Assembly: GCA_044892525.1 (NCBI GenBank)
Contig: CM097885.1
Span: 183,272,001-183,336,000, forward strand
Origin: Schmidtea polychroa
Lineage: Eukaryota
DNA length: 64,000 nt
Direction: 5' to 3'
Part shown: piece after piece, positions 28,140 to 40,207 of the stretch
Numbering within the stretch: position 1 is the first letter of the stretch
Layout of the letters: the number at the start of each line of letters is the position of its first letter
Made by a program: the position numbers and the translations under genes
The notes under the pieces: model-generated
Database searches by the model: none
What the model was told of the DNA's origin: nothing
What the model saw: only the letters and a program-made list of their open reading frames with translations

Positions 28140-28534
28140 TATACTATAGTCCGAGGAAACGGCAGGACGATAGGTGGTTCGAGGTATTCGAGGAGATATT
28201 ACCTCTTAAACAGCCAGTTATAACGAAGATACCACCAAAAGTAGTCAGGGAGAACATGGTGATACATCCCGCGATATGGCAACATCTCAGACAGTTACCA
28301 CCTATCAAACAAATATCTTGCCAAACGACCCCAAATCTGACAAACTGTTGTGATTGTAATGCCATCACAAACTTTAATGCAGGATATATTCTGAAAATAC
28401 CCATAGGGGTATGGATTACGGTATCGGCCGTACTATCGCTAATAACCACACTGATAGCTATGGGTATTTGGACCAAGTTATATTTTAGACAAGCCATAAG
28501 GGCTTACGATGGAGTACTGATGTCGCAATTATGA
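28140..28534 (+). CDS. 5'-truncated membrane-protein ORF in LTR element (env-like position)
   Basis: Cys-rich segment (CCDC), hydrophobic helix IPIGVWITVSAVLSLITTLIAMGIW, short tail with YDGV; lies between an LTR segment and a second accessory gene. Confidence 0.55.
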
Positions 28535-28732
28535 CAATTACAGACTCCCCCGAGGGAAAAATCATATATAAATATTTATATATATCTTAAAATCTATATT
28601 TACGTAGAGCTCCAGGTAGCATTAAAATTCAGCATATGTAGATCTTTTATAATAAGACTCATGCATATCTTTTTAGCCTATTATGGCATATCAGTATATC
28701 TGATATTATGGTTAATGATTTTTATTTCAGGA

Positions 28733-30821
28733 ATGCAGAGCCATCCAATATCCCAATACTAAGGAAGACATAGCATTATACGTGCTACGACCTTATTAAA
28801 GGAAAAACTTATTTATAAAAACCTGGAGAAGCAGGTAATGGAGCAAAGCAGAAAAGGACAAAGGCACTGGTTTTACGGACATTGTTCAGGCATACCCAAT
28901 AATTTCAAATTTGACGAGGCCCCAAAGCGTCAAATGATTATTTCAAGAATCCCGGGCAAGCATAACGCTAGTATTAGGCTTACCGAGGTCATGCCTGAGT
29001 TTGGCAGACATAGTCTGACCAACCACCTGTGGATACACGCCATTAACAAACCATTTACGGTTTATGTTCCTGGCGCCACAAACCCTATTTTGCTGCAAAA
29101 GCATACAACCCTGGAAATTGAAAACAGAGATGGAAGGGAAAAGAACATCTCACTGTTATGTGAAGGAATAGATACCATCGTAGCAATGGAAATTCTGGAA
29201 TCTCACAGAGAAACACAAACGAGATGGGTTAATGACCCAAATTGGACATATAATGTCAATGATAACGACATCAAAAGTTTAAGTCTTTCGTAAGACAGCG
29301 CTTGGACCCTAGACAAGAGGATAACCTCACCATTTTCGTAGCAGCTCACTACGCTACACTACGACAATTCCTGAAACTGGCAATTGTGGCCATCTCAATC
29401 TCACATTTCAATGGCGATCTGATACTCAACACTAGAGTTACCCCCAGAGCACAGGTCAAACATTACCAATCGCATGCGCATGGTATGACCGAGAGAGAAA
29501 TAACCGGACAGTTCAACGGAGAAGACTGTGCCGAAAGAATTAGGAAAATCTGCGATGGGAAAATCATCGTGGGACTGTTAGTAAAGGACCTATTAGAAAT
29601 AATCAGATTCCCAATGCAGCGCGCACTCGGAATCCGTGAGTTAGGCGCAGCTAAATGCCTCGAAAATAGGGACTTAAAGAAATGCAACGGGTATTACCGT
29701 TTGGCATATTTGGCAAAAGCAGTCACCGGTTAAGAGGCACATCACTTCTCGGACCTTCAAACGGAGAATGATGTAACAACCATTAAGGAGATATACGACA
29801 ATTTACGAGATATCTGGGTTGATGACATTTCCCCAGACACCCGGAAAGAGGTGGTGTCTTCACAAATAAAGCAGATGGAACCCGGAACCTCAAGCATGCA
29901 GAAACCCTTAGCTATGGAGAGCTATATAAAAGAAGATATCCCAGGTCTAAGTTGTTGAAAATAGTGGAAGAAGATTCCTTGTCGCCGCCAGCCATCTCTA
30001 TTGCTGACGAAGACGAATATGCCACTTGCGAGAGCGCGGACGATAACTGCCTCCAAGTCACCCTTACCAATGACGGTAGAGTGGTGAATTCGGCTAAAAT
30101 GGAAACAGAAAAATCACCGCCAGCAGCAAAGCTAGTGGAACGGGTCACCAAGATCTTAAAGGCATTGACCCCGTTGAGTGAACCCAAACAAGGAGCAGAA
30201 GGAGGAACATTGCCCCAAGCTGTAGCACCACTACTTAGGCTACAAGATTTAAAGTTCAAAAAGAAAACAACGGAGGAACCCACCCAGAAAGAGGACAAGG
30301 AGAAAAATGTCCCTACCTCTACGAAAAGGAAAAGGGAGATTCCTAAGAGTATAAAAAAGAAAATGCCTAGGATATCCATCCAGGATGAGGATGACGATCT
30401 CTTAGAAACCCACTATCAGCCACCAGATCCTGCATTGACCAAGATATTGGCAACAAAGAGTGAACCCACGATTGCAGGAGAGCCTATTATCGTGAAGGAA
30501 GGCGAGTTCGTAGGAAGGGGCAACTCAATCAAAATACGGGAAGATCTCGACAGAGAAGATCCTAGTTGGTGGCAGAGACCCGACAGCGAATGGAAACCGC
30601 GTGTCAAGGAATACGACGGAGGCCCAATCCATGAAGTAGCCGTATCCAATTTCAGCGATTACGGAGTATTGGAGGCTAGTGAGGGCACATATATCATCTC
30701 CTCAATCGTGTACAAAGAAGTAAGTACACGGGAGACTTTGGTGGTCAGCTACAGACCAGACATAGTAGAACAAAGGATCCGTAACGAAATTGCCAAGGTC
30801 ATGAAACGGAGAAAATATTAG
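28733..30821 (+). pseudogene. Accessory gene containing a DEDDh (REXO4/ISG20-like) exonuclease-fold domain; two frameshifts and internal stops
   Basis: Acceptor TTTATTTCAG 2 nt before ATG; segments 28733-29293, 29302-29947 and 29952-30821; middle segment follows the REXO4 pattern (SISHFNGDLILNTRVTP…HYQSHAHGMT…KIIVG…KDL…LAYLAKAVTG…ENDV…IY). Confidence 0.65.
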
Positions 30822-31141
30822 CAATTCGGCTATGTATTCAATGGACCTAGCAATTTGCTATACGTCCTCAATCCCAGCACCTTCGACAATTCAATCCAAT
30901 CCAGTTATTCAAATTGACAAACATTTACTTTATGAACAATATTTGACTATTCTGATTTTGGTGTTGATTTTGTTTACATATTTTAACATTTCCTTGATGA
31001 ACAATCTTTGATTATTTTGATTTTGATTTTGCTTGCATTATATATATTTTAATCAGTTGTTTTATTTTTATTTTTATATTTATGTATCAGCTGCAATTGT
31101 CTTGTCTTTACCGCTTTAATTTTCGGGACGAAAATCTTGTT

Positions 31142-31272
31142 AGGGGGAAGACATGTTGGGGTTCAGTAGGAACCTGAATCAAAAGTTTTGTAATTAAATA
31201 ATAAGTAATTACTAAAATTAGGATTAAAATATAAATAGTATTTAAAAATTACTAAAATTGGAATTAAAATAT
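31142..31272 (+). mobile_element. PPT and start of 3' LTR of the accessory-gene-bearing element
   Basis: AGGGGGAAGACA directly before TGTTGGGGTTCAGTAGG (31154), matching the LTR start at 22269; right end not resolved. Confidence 0.8.
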
Positions 31273-32149
31273 AAATAGTAATAAATAATTACAAAAAATA
31301 AATTCGTAACAAAAATAGTAATTATTTAAAAATATATAATAAAAATAGTAATTAAATAATTACTATTAATAGATTTAAAATAAATAAATTTATATAAATA
31401 CCAGTAAAATTATATTGATAGGAGAGAAAAAAAGATCGTAGATCAGAAAAATCAAAAGGAGAAGTTAAAATTAGATTGGGAAAAATTTCTAGTTGTTATC
31501 TCATTGGACGAATTTCTGTTTTAGTGAACATTCCGTATTCATTTTATTGATCGGAAGAAAAAGAAATTTACAAATCTCTTGGAAATTTAATATCGCGACA
31601 CTGTAAATTAGCTCCAATATTCATTGGAGTAATTGAGAAGAGAACAAAAGAAGAAAACAATTAGGAATCGTTTCGACAACCCATCTGTGGTTTCGTCTAT
31701 CTACTTGAAGGAATTTAAACAAAGAAAATTAAATTAGTTAGTATTTATTGTTGTTCATATCTAAATAAATATAAATATATAAATTTATTCTGTCACATAA
31801 AACGATTTTAATAAGGGAAACAGTAACGTCAGCACGTATCTTTTTGTGTTGTCTCGTTACGAATATTATTTAAAAAAGAGTTAACCGATTTCTGGGTTGA
31901 CTCTATCGCGTTAAAATTAGGTAAACTCCCTTATCTCTTTTCCGCTCACCTATATCGGGCTGTTGGCGCATTTAGGGCCAGCCTTGATTCTTAGTAATAC
32001 TCTTTAGGGCGGTTTGTATAACCGTTTTCTGTTCTTTAGAAAGCAGCGTGATTAATTGTGTAATATAAACAATTGTGTAACTAACTATTTATTGTTAATA
32101 AATATTTAAATCATATTCGTTATTTTATTTACCTACACGCATTATAAAT

Positions 32150-33150
32150 TATTTGGAGTCAGTTAAACGTTTTTTTTTGTGTTAGTTCGAATACATACCC
32201 ATCGAACCTGACAGTATAACTGTTTACCATATGGTGTAAGTTGTATGACGTCTGGTTTTCTGATAAAACTGATTTGCTGTGTCGCGAAATGATGGAAGTC
32301 TAAAAAGTGTGTCACAAGCATGAAAAGTTTGGAAAGCACTGATTTAGAGGTATCAAAAATACTTCCAGAATAAACAACATGAATCAATTCGTTATTGAAA
32401 TCGCCGCAGAGGCAGGAGTCCTGAAGTAATTAGTAGTAAGGAATTCACTTTCAATCTGTTAGCAGGGTAATCAAACTATCAAGAGCAAATGCAAAATCCT
32501 CGTCTTATTGAGATAAATCTCTGTAGTATAGGGCATAGTCATCTTTTAGTAGAAATCATTGCAAACTCATCTTTCACAAATTTCGTTTTATCCACGCACT
32601 AAACAGCACCGGATCGATAGTAATAAGAGACCCATAACACATAATATCTCATTAGGAGTTTCGCTGTAAATTAGATTGCTTGATAGAAAAATTATATAGG
32701 CGCGTCAAAAATCTCAATTAGTTCAGTTGCATACGATTATACAGTTTAATCGTCGTTCAATTAAATGCAATTTGGCAGACCAACTCTTATAACACGCATC
32801 GCGATAGATCAGCGAACACCGTCGTCGTTCATCAGAGCTAGCAAGCGAGATATAAACAGGAAACGTCATCATCATAAATATCAATCTTGATTCACAACCA
32901 AGGTAGAGGAAGTGCGGTCGATTGTAGATACCGAGTAAATATAGACAAACCTGGAAGCATAACACCATTTACCCGCAATATAAACAATATTCGATTAGAG
33001 TGTATAATATTGATATCAACAATGAACTTGCTCCGGTGATCATCGCCGTACCAAATGAATATATAAATAAACAAAATATGGCACGTCAAGCTGAATATGA
33101 CGACCATGAATGCGAATTCAATTATTCTGTAGTACGTAAACATTAGTTTT
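32150..33150 (-). mobile_element. Degenerate non-LTR (LINE) reverse transcriptase
   Basis: Fragments resembling P.LF..W(I)N and DDYALY…LD.L patterns on the minus strand. Confidence 0.5.
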
Positions 33151-33812
33151 AAAGTTGTAATGCTATCTAAACATTAGTTGAATTATTCTGCAATTTATAA
33201 ATCTTTATTTTTTTGTCGTAATAATGCACAAATAGTAATTAAGTTTTTCGATAGTGCATAAACATTTAATTTTAAAGTAGTAAAAATGCAGAAATGTTAA
33301 GTACTAGTGGCACAACTTGAATGCAGACGTAGTGAGAAATGAACTCTTTTCGTATAATTAGAAATATCATTAACCGTACACTGCATATTGTATCACTGGT
33401 GATACACAATTATTTTATTAGAATAAAAACTGTCTCGCTCTTGTTCTCGGTAAATGTTCTCTCATATTACATTGTATTGGCTATATTTGCAATATAATAC
33501 AAAAAAACCGTAATGTAATTCTCAATAGTTTTGTATTACCAAATCAATTTTTAAAACGTCTTACAGTTTAAGTAAACATTTTTTCCTATCAAATATAAAA
33601 AGTCATGCAGTGTAGGGTTAAAAATAAAATAAAAGATTGCTGTCATCCCCCGATCAAATCTGCCCGAGTGTCAGCTTTTCTTTTATATTTGATGAATAAA
33701 TGAATATAGTATAACTTCGTTCTGATAAACATCTACACATAGTATTTTTTTGTCGACTGACTGAATATTCATATTATGGTGTAATCATTTTGTGAACTTT
33801 CCTTATGTAGCA

Positions 33813-35096
33813 ATGTCAGAAACCGAACTTACCCAAATCTGGTCCGAAATCGTGCTTCTTATGTGCGGATAAAAATGCGTCGATGGAGCAAATGAAATTA
33901 GAAATCGGGAGCTTGAAGAAACGTATCGACTTCATGAAGGGGCGTGCTTCGCCCGGCCTAAATGAAAGAGGCCAACAGGAAAATCTTAAGGCTAGAACAC
34001 TGAAGGGATAGCCTACTAGAGGAGAGCCGAAACCAGCGGCTTACCATTAAAGTTCAATCGAAAACCTTACATCATATATATTCTGAGTTCGAGCAACGTA
34101 AATGTATCACGGAGTGTCCAATCTCTGACTGGTATAACATCTTCCCCTTTCATCACTTACCAGGCGATTCCAAATCCCCCAAAAAGACTTCATGCCTCAA
34201 TCACGGGAGTGAATCTCTTCCTTCACCTACTCCAGACACTGTGTACATAGGAACTTATACGGTTTCTAACACGACACCCGTACCCTTCGTTGCTCCACCA
34301 GCTCCTACTGTCGCACCATCTATTTCAAATCTAACCATTCGCCCGAAATTCAAAAGACTTACATGCGCAGAGCGATCAAATCGCAAGAGAGATGAATTAG
34401 CCACCGTCGAAGCTGCGTTGTTTTCCATACTCCTTCCGACTCAGATTGGAGTAGTCTCGACTCAAACGATAACAGGACCACCTCCGTTCAGAATTGTACC
34501 AACAACGGATACCCCGTGGGTAGCAGACTTGCAACTGGAAATCGACAACCTACAACGGGAAGCCAAAGGCGGTGGTGTCTAGACAGCGGCCAAGGAAGTA
34601 ACTCTGTGATTAGTAATTCGTATCTGCATCGTCTCAATGAGTTAGTATGTCCATCGATCGATAAAAAATTCTCTGCTATATTTGATTTTCTGACGAATTA
34701 ATGTGCATTTGATTCAGTATATAACGTAGTATGTCCTAACATTTAATAAAGATTGATGATGTTTCGTTGACTTATCTCTGTAATGTAAAGTATTGGTCAA
34801 GTGGTTGTGTAGGTTTGCAAGGGAAAGAAATTGGGAATAAGCTCAATTGGACCAGAGGCGTCGAATGAATTGCATAGTATTTAGATGGTGGGGATGTAAG
34901 ACCTTCTATCAGCATTTCAGGACCCTAAATAAGAATATCATGAGGGGTAGTTCTAACAAAGGAGCTCACCCGCTTTTTTTCAGCCATTGTGTGCAGCACC
35001 AATATGGTCATCGCCATGGGCACACAGTTGGTTTAAAGACAATAATCATTGATGGCGTTTAAGAAGGAATCGGCTCGAGAATATGTAAGTACCCCT
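33813..35096 (+). mobile_element. Unclassified repeat family, copy 4 (interrupted by hATm; resumes 38262-38302, ending CCCAACA)
   Basis: Frameshifted CFLCADKN…LKKRID…EH*RDSLLEESR; conserved block at 34896. Confidence 0.75.
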
Positions 35097-38000
35097 TAGG
35101 GTGCCAATGAAATACATGGCAAAAATTTAAGTGTAATATTTTTCAGGTCTTACCCCCTAATTTTGTTCCTATTGATATGGTAATCAACTGGTATTTTTTT
35201 CTTCAACATTCAATTATATTTAGAGGTTTCTCACTGGCATCATAGTCCAACATATTGTACGTTATGGGTTTATTCCTAATAAAATACAACATTGAGTTGA
35301 ATGAGTTTACTTACTTATTAGTGTGAGTCATTGCAATTATATATTCTTTGGAGATTGTTGTTGTCTGCATTTTTATTGGATTTTAAATTTTGTTCTTTAT
35401 TGCGTGTGTGACTTGTGACTTTCTTATTTAATGCAAAGCTAACTCTGGGTAAGTGTATTGTTTCATAACACTTAATTTATGAATATTTAATTGGTGCAAT
35501 AGACTGATTTGTTGCAAATTGGCCAGTGGGTCTGTCAGTGTCTAGTTGTCTAGTCCTGCTACTTATTTTTTGTTGTTGTTGCAATGCAAGTATAACGTTG
35601 CTTATTATAATAGATCTGAGCTACTGACTACTGACTGACTTGTGAGCTTGTTTTATATTTTTCTGTGCATATACTTGCAGATATCCTGGTTCAATGGCAG
35701 CTGTGTGTATAAGTAAAGGCAAAGATCGAGGCATCTGGTTGATTGGTGGAACATTGAGTGAACTAACAGGCAGCAAACTACCATCAAATCGACAAGTACT
35801 TGCAAGATTTTTCCACTTTCATTTGAATGAAAAGCTGACTATTCAGGACAGTGCTGTATCAACAACAAGAGAACTATTACAATTTTGGATGAAAGCCAGA
35901 ATACCAACCCGACAGGACTATAATATTGTTGCCAAGTTGAAGGATTTACATGCAAAATGGCAAGCGCTTAAGAAAAATACGGCAAGGATGTCCAAAGTGC
36001 AAAAGAGTAAAGAGGATGCATTTTCGGAAAGTTTGGATGATTTATTCGATGTTGCACATGCAAATGCAATGAAACGCATCAAAATTGAAGAGGACAAGAA
36101 ATTCTTGGAAGCACAGCGAGAAAAGGGCAGGCGGGGATGCATGGGTGCAGTAGACACAAAGCTTACGAAGCAGGAGGAAAGACGCCGGCAGCGAGAACTT
36201 TTAGAGGAGCAAAGAAAGGTCAGAGAAGAGCAGAGACAGTGCGATGCTTCAGTCGTAAGAAGTTTGGGTGAAAGCAGTGAAAGTGAAGATGACAGCAGTA
36301 GTCTAACAGTGTCGGATCCCAGTATGTCTATGCCAGCGCCAAAACGTCACCGTCCAATGAACATACTTACTCCAGAGCTGGCATCTGCACTTGATCGGAC
36401 GAAAGTAAGTGACAGAAATGCCACGTACATTTTGGCTGCCGCTGCCAAGTCACTTGGCCACAATCCCAGTGAGCTAACTTTAAACAAAGAGTCAACCAGA
36501 CTAGCTCGAAGGCAACATCGTGCAGACATTGCTGCAGAAGTGCGAAACAGTTTTTCACCCGATACGCCATTGACAGTTCACTGGGATGGCAAGCTGCTTC
36601 CCGAGTTGACAGGAAAAGAGACTGTGGATAGACTTGCAATAATTGTGTCTGGGGATGGCGTAATGAAACTGTTGGCTGTTCCCAAGTTATCAAGTGGAAC
36701 TGGTGAAGCTCAGGCTACAGCAGTGCATGAAGTGTTACTGGACTGGAATTTAACCGATCGAATTATTGGCATGTCATTTGACACCACAGCAAGCAACTCC
36801 GGAAATAAAGCTGGCGCATGCGTTTTGTTGGAAAACAAGTTGAAGAAACAGCTGTTGAGTTTGGCATGCAGGCACCACATTCATGAACTTATTGTCGCTA
36901 AAGTCTTTGAAACAGTGATTGAAAAGGCATCAAGTGGTCCACAGATCAAATTGTTCCAGAGATTCTCAGCAGCATGGAGAACAATCAACAGACAAGCGTT
37001 TGAAAGTGGTATCGGTGATGATCAACTTGCCAGTGAACTAAATCCAATCAAAGAAGAAATGCTTGTCTTTCTGAAGCAGCAGCTTCTGACATTCCAGCCA
37101 AGAGACGACTATAAGGAGTTACTTCAGTTGAGCATTTTGTTTCTTGGTGATGCGTCTGATAATGTCACTGTGCATGCACCAGGAGCCTATCACAGAGCCA
37201 AGTGGATGGCCAAACTTATATACTGTCTCAAAATTTACTTGTACCGTTCACAGTTTCATCTTACACCTCGAGAACTTTCAGGACTTCGACAAATGAATGT
37301 TTTCGTCATCACCATCTACCTGAAGGTGTGGTTTACTTGTCCATCGGCACCTTCAGCTCCGCAACATGACTTGGAATTGTTGCAGCAACTAGTCCAGTAC
37401 AAAACAAGAAATGAAGCAGTTGCCAATGCAGCACTCATTATCTTTCTTCGCCATCTGTGGTACCTCGGTGAAACCCTGATCGGTTTGGCTTTCTTTGATG
37501 ACGAAGTGCCGGTCGAGAGTAAAGAGCTAATGGTTGCCGCACTATCGCGTGAAGGTGAAGAAGAGCCATGCAAACGTATACAACTGGATGAGAAGGACAT
37601 TTCTACAAAGAAACTCTCAGATTTCGTCACAACCAATACCAGGCAGTTCTTTGTCGCACTCGAAATTCCACAGGACTTCCTCCGACAGCATCCTTTAGGA
37701 TGGAAATCTAACTCTGACTACATTCGGGGTCTGAGTCGTGTCAAGGCTCTTAAAGTTGTCAATGATGCAGCTGAACGTGGCGTATCACTGATACAATCAT
37801 TTAATGTTGTCATTACAAACCAGGAGGAACAGAAACAGTTTTTACTTCAGGTGGTCGAGAAGCATCGCCACGACTACCCGGACCCCAAGAAGTCTACGCT
37901 TGCAGGCTGCTCCAGTGACAATTAAACTTGCACTTTTACTTAAGTAGATTCAGCTAAGCACAGTGTAATGTGTGTAATAGCACTAAACTTCACTTTGCAG

Positions 38001-38261
38001 AATGCAGAGTAACATTTATTTTCCAAATCATCATTCATTAACTATGTACTGTATAATATGTTTTATTAATATTGTTTTTTCTTAAGCATTACAATATTAG
38101 TCGTTGGCCGTACATACAGTAAACGGTCACATCCATTGAGCAAGTGGTAAACATAACCCAATTCAAATTATTTTTTGGCTAGATAAACAGGATGCCAATA
38201 TGAACAAATTGAGGGGGTAAGAACTGGCAAAATTAGCATTTCATTTTTCATTGGCACCCTA
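35097..38261 (+). mobile_element. Full-length hAT-superfamily (hATm-like) DNA transposon
   Basis: TIR TAGGGTGCCAATGAAA at both ends plus subterminal inverted repeats; perfect 8-bp TSD GTACCCCT (35089-35096 and 38262-38269). Confidence 0.93.
35694..37925 (+). CDS. Intact 743-aa hATm-like DDE transposase
   Basis: Uninterrupted ORF; VHWDGK (D), FDTTASNSG (D), CRHH (CxxH), NDAAERG (E). Confidence 0.9.
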   Translation: MAAVCISKGKDRGIWLIGGTLSELTGSKLPSNRQVLARFFHFHLNEKLTIQDSAVSTTRELLQFWMKARIPTRQDYNIVAKLKDLHAKWQALKKNTARMSKVQKSKEDAFSESLDDLFDVAHANAMKRIKIEEDKKFLEAQREKGRRGCMGAVDTKLTKQEERRRQRELLEEQRKVREEQRQCDASVVRSLGESSESEDDSSSLTVSDPSMSMPAPKRHRPMNILTPELASALDRTKVSDRNATYILAAAAKSLGHNPSELTLNKESTRLARRQHRADIAAEVRNSFSPDTPLTVHWDGKLLPELTGKETVDRLAIIVSGDGVMKLLAVPKLSSGTGEAQATAVHEVLLDWNLTDRIIGMSFDTTASNSGNKAGACVLLENKLKKQLLSLACRHHIHELIVAKVFETVIEKASSGPQIKLFQRFSAAWRTINRQAFESGIGDDQLASELNPIKEEMLVFLKQQLLTFQPRDDYKELLQLSILFLGDASDNVTVHAPGAYHRAKWMAKLIYCLKIYLYRSQFHLTPRELSGLRQMNVFVITIYLKVWFTCPSAPSAPQHDLELLQQLVQYKTRNEAVANAALIIFLRHLWYLGETLIGLAFFDDEVPVESKELMVAALSREGEEEPCKRIQLDEKDISTKKLSDFVTTNTRQFFVALEIPQDFLRQHPLGWKSNSDYIRGLSRVKALKVVNDAAERGVSLIQSFNVVITNQEEQKQFLLQVVEKHRHDYPDPKKSTLAGCSSDN

Positions 38262-38297
38262 GTACCCCTACTATCTCTAATATGGACTTAAGCGGCC

Positions 38298-38302
<5 letters not shown>

Positions 38303-38384
<82 letters not shown>
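38303..38384. repeat. (TA)n microsatellite, target of the second hATm element
   Basis: Direct inspection. Confidence 0.95.
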
Positions 38385-38387
<3 letters not shown>

Positions 38388-40207
38388 GGTGGCCCATGCA
38401 GTATAGCAAAAAAATAAAAGTTTTAAACTTCACCTTCTCACCCTTCCAACTTGTTCCAATGTTGAAAAGAAAATTTTCTGTGAAATATTTTCTGAAATTT
38501 CTCGACATTTAGAGGTGGCCCAACAATCTAGAAGTTTGAAGTACAAATATTTTAAAGTGGTTTTTATACGTTTTTGCTACTTGTACTGTGTTTGACGAAA
38601 TTATGAGCAGCAAAATTATTTCATTTTTATTACAACATTAACTGTAGTGAAAACAGAGACATATTTGACAATAAACACACCTAACAACCGAAGCAGTTTA
38701 CTAGTTTCGTTTATCACTGGGCCTATAGTCACTAGCCAGATTTCAGCTGTGATGCTGCAATTGTTCTAGCTTTACACCTGGCTCGGTGGATTGAGTTCCT
38801 GCTGATGTTGAGGGAATCAACATTGTGACTAAGGCTGGATGCTGTTTCACACAACACATAAACAGCATTTCTGGAGGATGTCTGTGTTCTGTCCAGAGCT
38901 GCCATTAGCCCAGGAGTCAATACATCAGTCTTAGCTTTCTTTGGCACTGGCTTTGTGATACAGTCAGCAGGATCTGTTGATGAGGATGCAACAGGTTTAT
39001 ATTCATCATCACACAAGACAATCTGCTCTTGGTCATGGTCACTGTCTTCACCAGATGATGATTCGAGAGTTGTCAAACAAGCACTGATATTCATTTCATC
39101 TACTGACCTTTGCCGCCGCCTTGCTTCAGCTTGTTTGCGTTCACCAGCTGCTCTAGCTTTACGTTCAGTAACTTTATCCCGGACACCAATGGATCCTGGA
39201 CGCCCTTTTTCTCTCTGGCGTAACAGGAATGCCCTGTCTTCTGGGTTGCTAATGATAGTTAGTGCATCCTGATGGGCTATGTCGAACAGATCTTCAAGAT
39301 GAGAAACAAATTCATGCTCCTGTTTTTTGTGAGCTTCACCAGACCTCGACTTGTGTTTTTGGAGACCCTTCCATTCATAAAAGACTGATTCAAGCTTCTG
39401 AATGCAGTGCTGTTCTGCTCTTGTTGGAATGCTTGCTTTTTTCCAGAACTCCATTATCACGTTGATTGTCAGTTTACTGGCTTCGCAAAGAGTCATTTTT
39501 TCTACTTTATGTAGGTGTAGAAAGTACCCAAATGTCTGATAATACGATGGCAGCTTTGCACTAAGAATTTCAGGAACATATGATTTAATCAAGTAAACAT
39601 TATCATTAGATCTTGTTTCCATTCTGTTAAATCTGAAACACAATAACATGGAGAGTGGAGACGATTAGGTTAAGCAAAACACTAGGCATAATTGAATGAA
39701 CAACTGAAAAATTTTAAATTTGCTGTATAGTACAAGAGTACATTTAACATTGTAAAATGCATTCAACAACGATGTGTTTTTGCATGTAATTCAGCAAAGT
39801 AAAATACTGACTATTAATACATGAAGAGAACAAAGATTGCATAATTACATCTCGACTGGTGAGTAATAGCTGACTTTTTGTCTCAAAAATGAAAAACAAA
39901 TATAAACATAAACAGAAGAGAATTAGCAAAGAATGTCTAATAAATTCAATAAAATACCAATAAATAAGTAACACTTAAATAGGTTAATCATCCATACTCT
40001 CTCAGTCACTGCTATATAACAAACCAATAACTCGCCCTGAATTACCGGCAAAAGAAACACCATGTCAAAACTTCATCACCAGTGGGCCACCTTTAAATAT
40101 TGTCAAATTGCAGAAATATTTTGCACTAATTATTTTTATAGCAATTGGAACAACTTGGAAGGGTGAGAGTTGTTAGTTTTTAACTTTCAATTTTTTGGGC
40201 CACCCTA
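38385..40207 (-). mobile_element. Internally deleted hATm-like element of a second family
   Basis: TIR TAGGGTGGCCCA, subterminal inverted repeats, TSD ATATATAT; ORF 38732-39649 is homologous to the N-terminal ~280 aa of the neighbouring transposase and lacks the DDE core. Confidence 0.9.
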
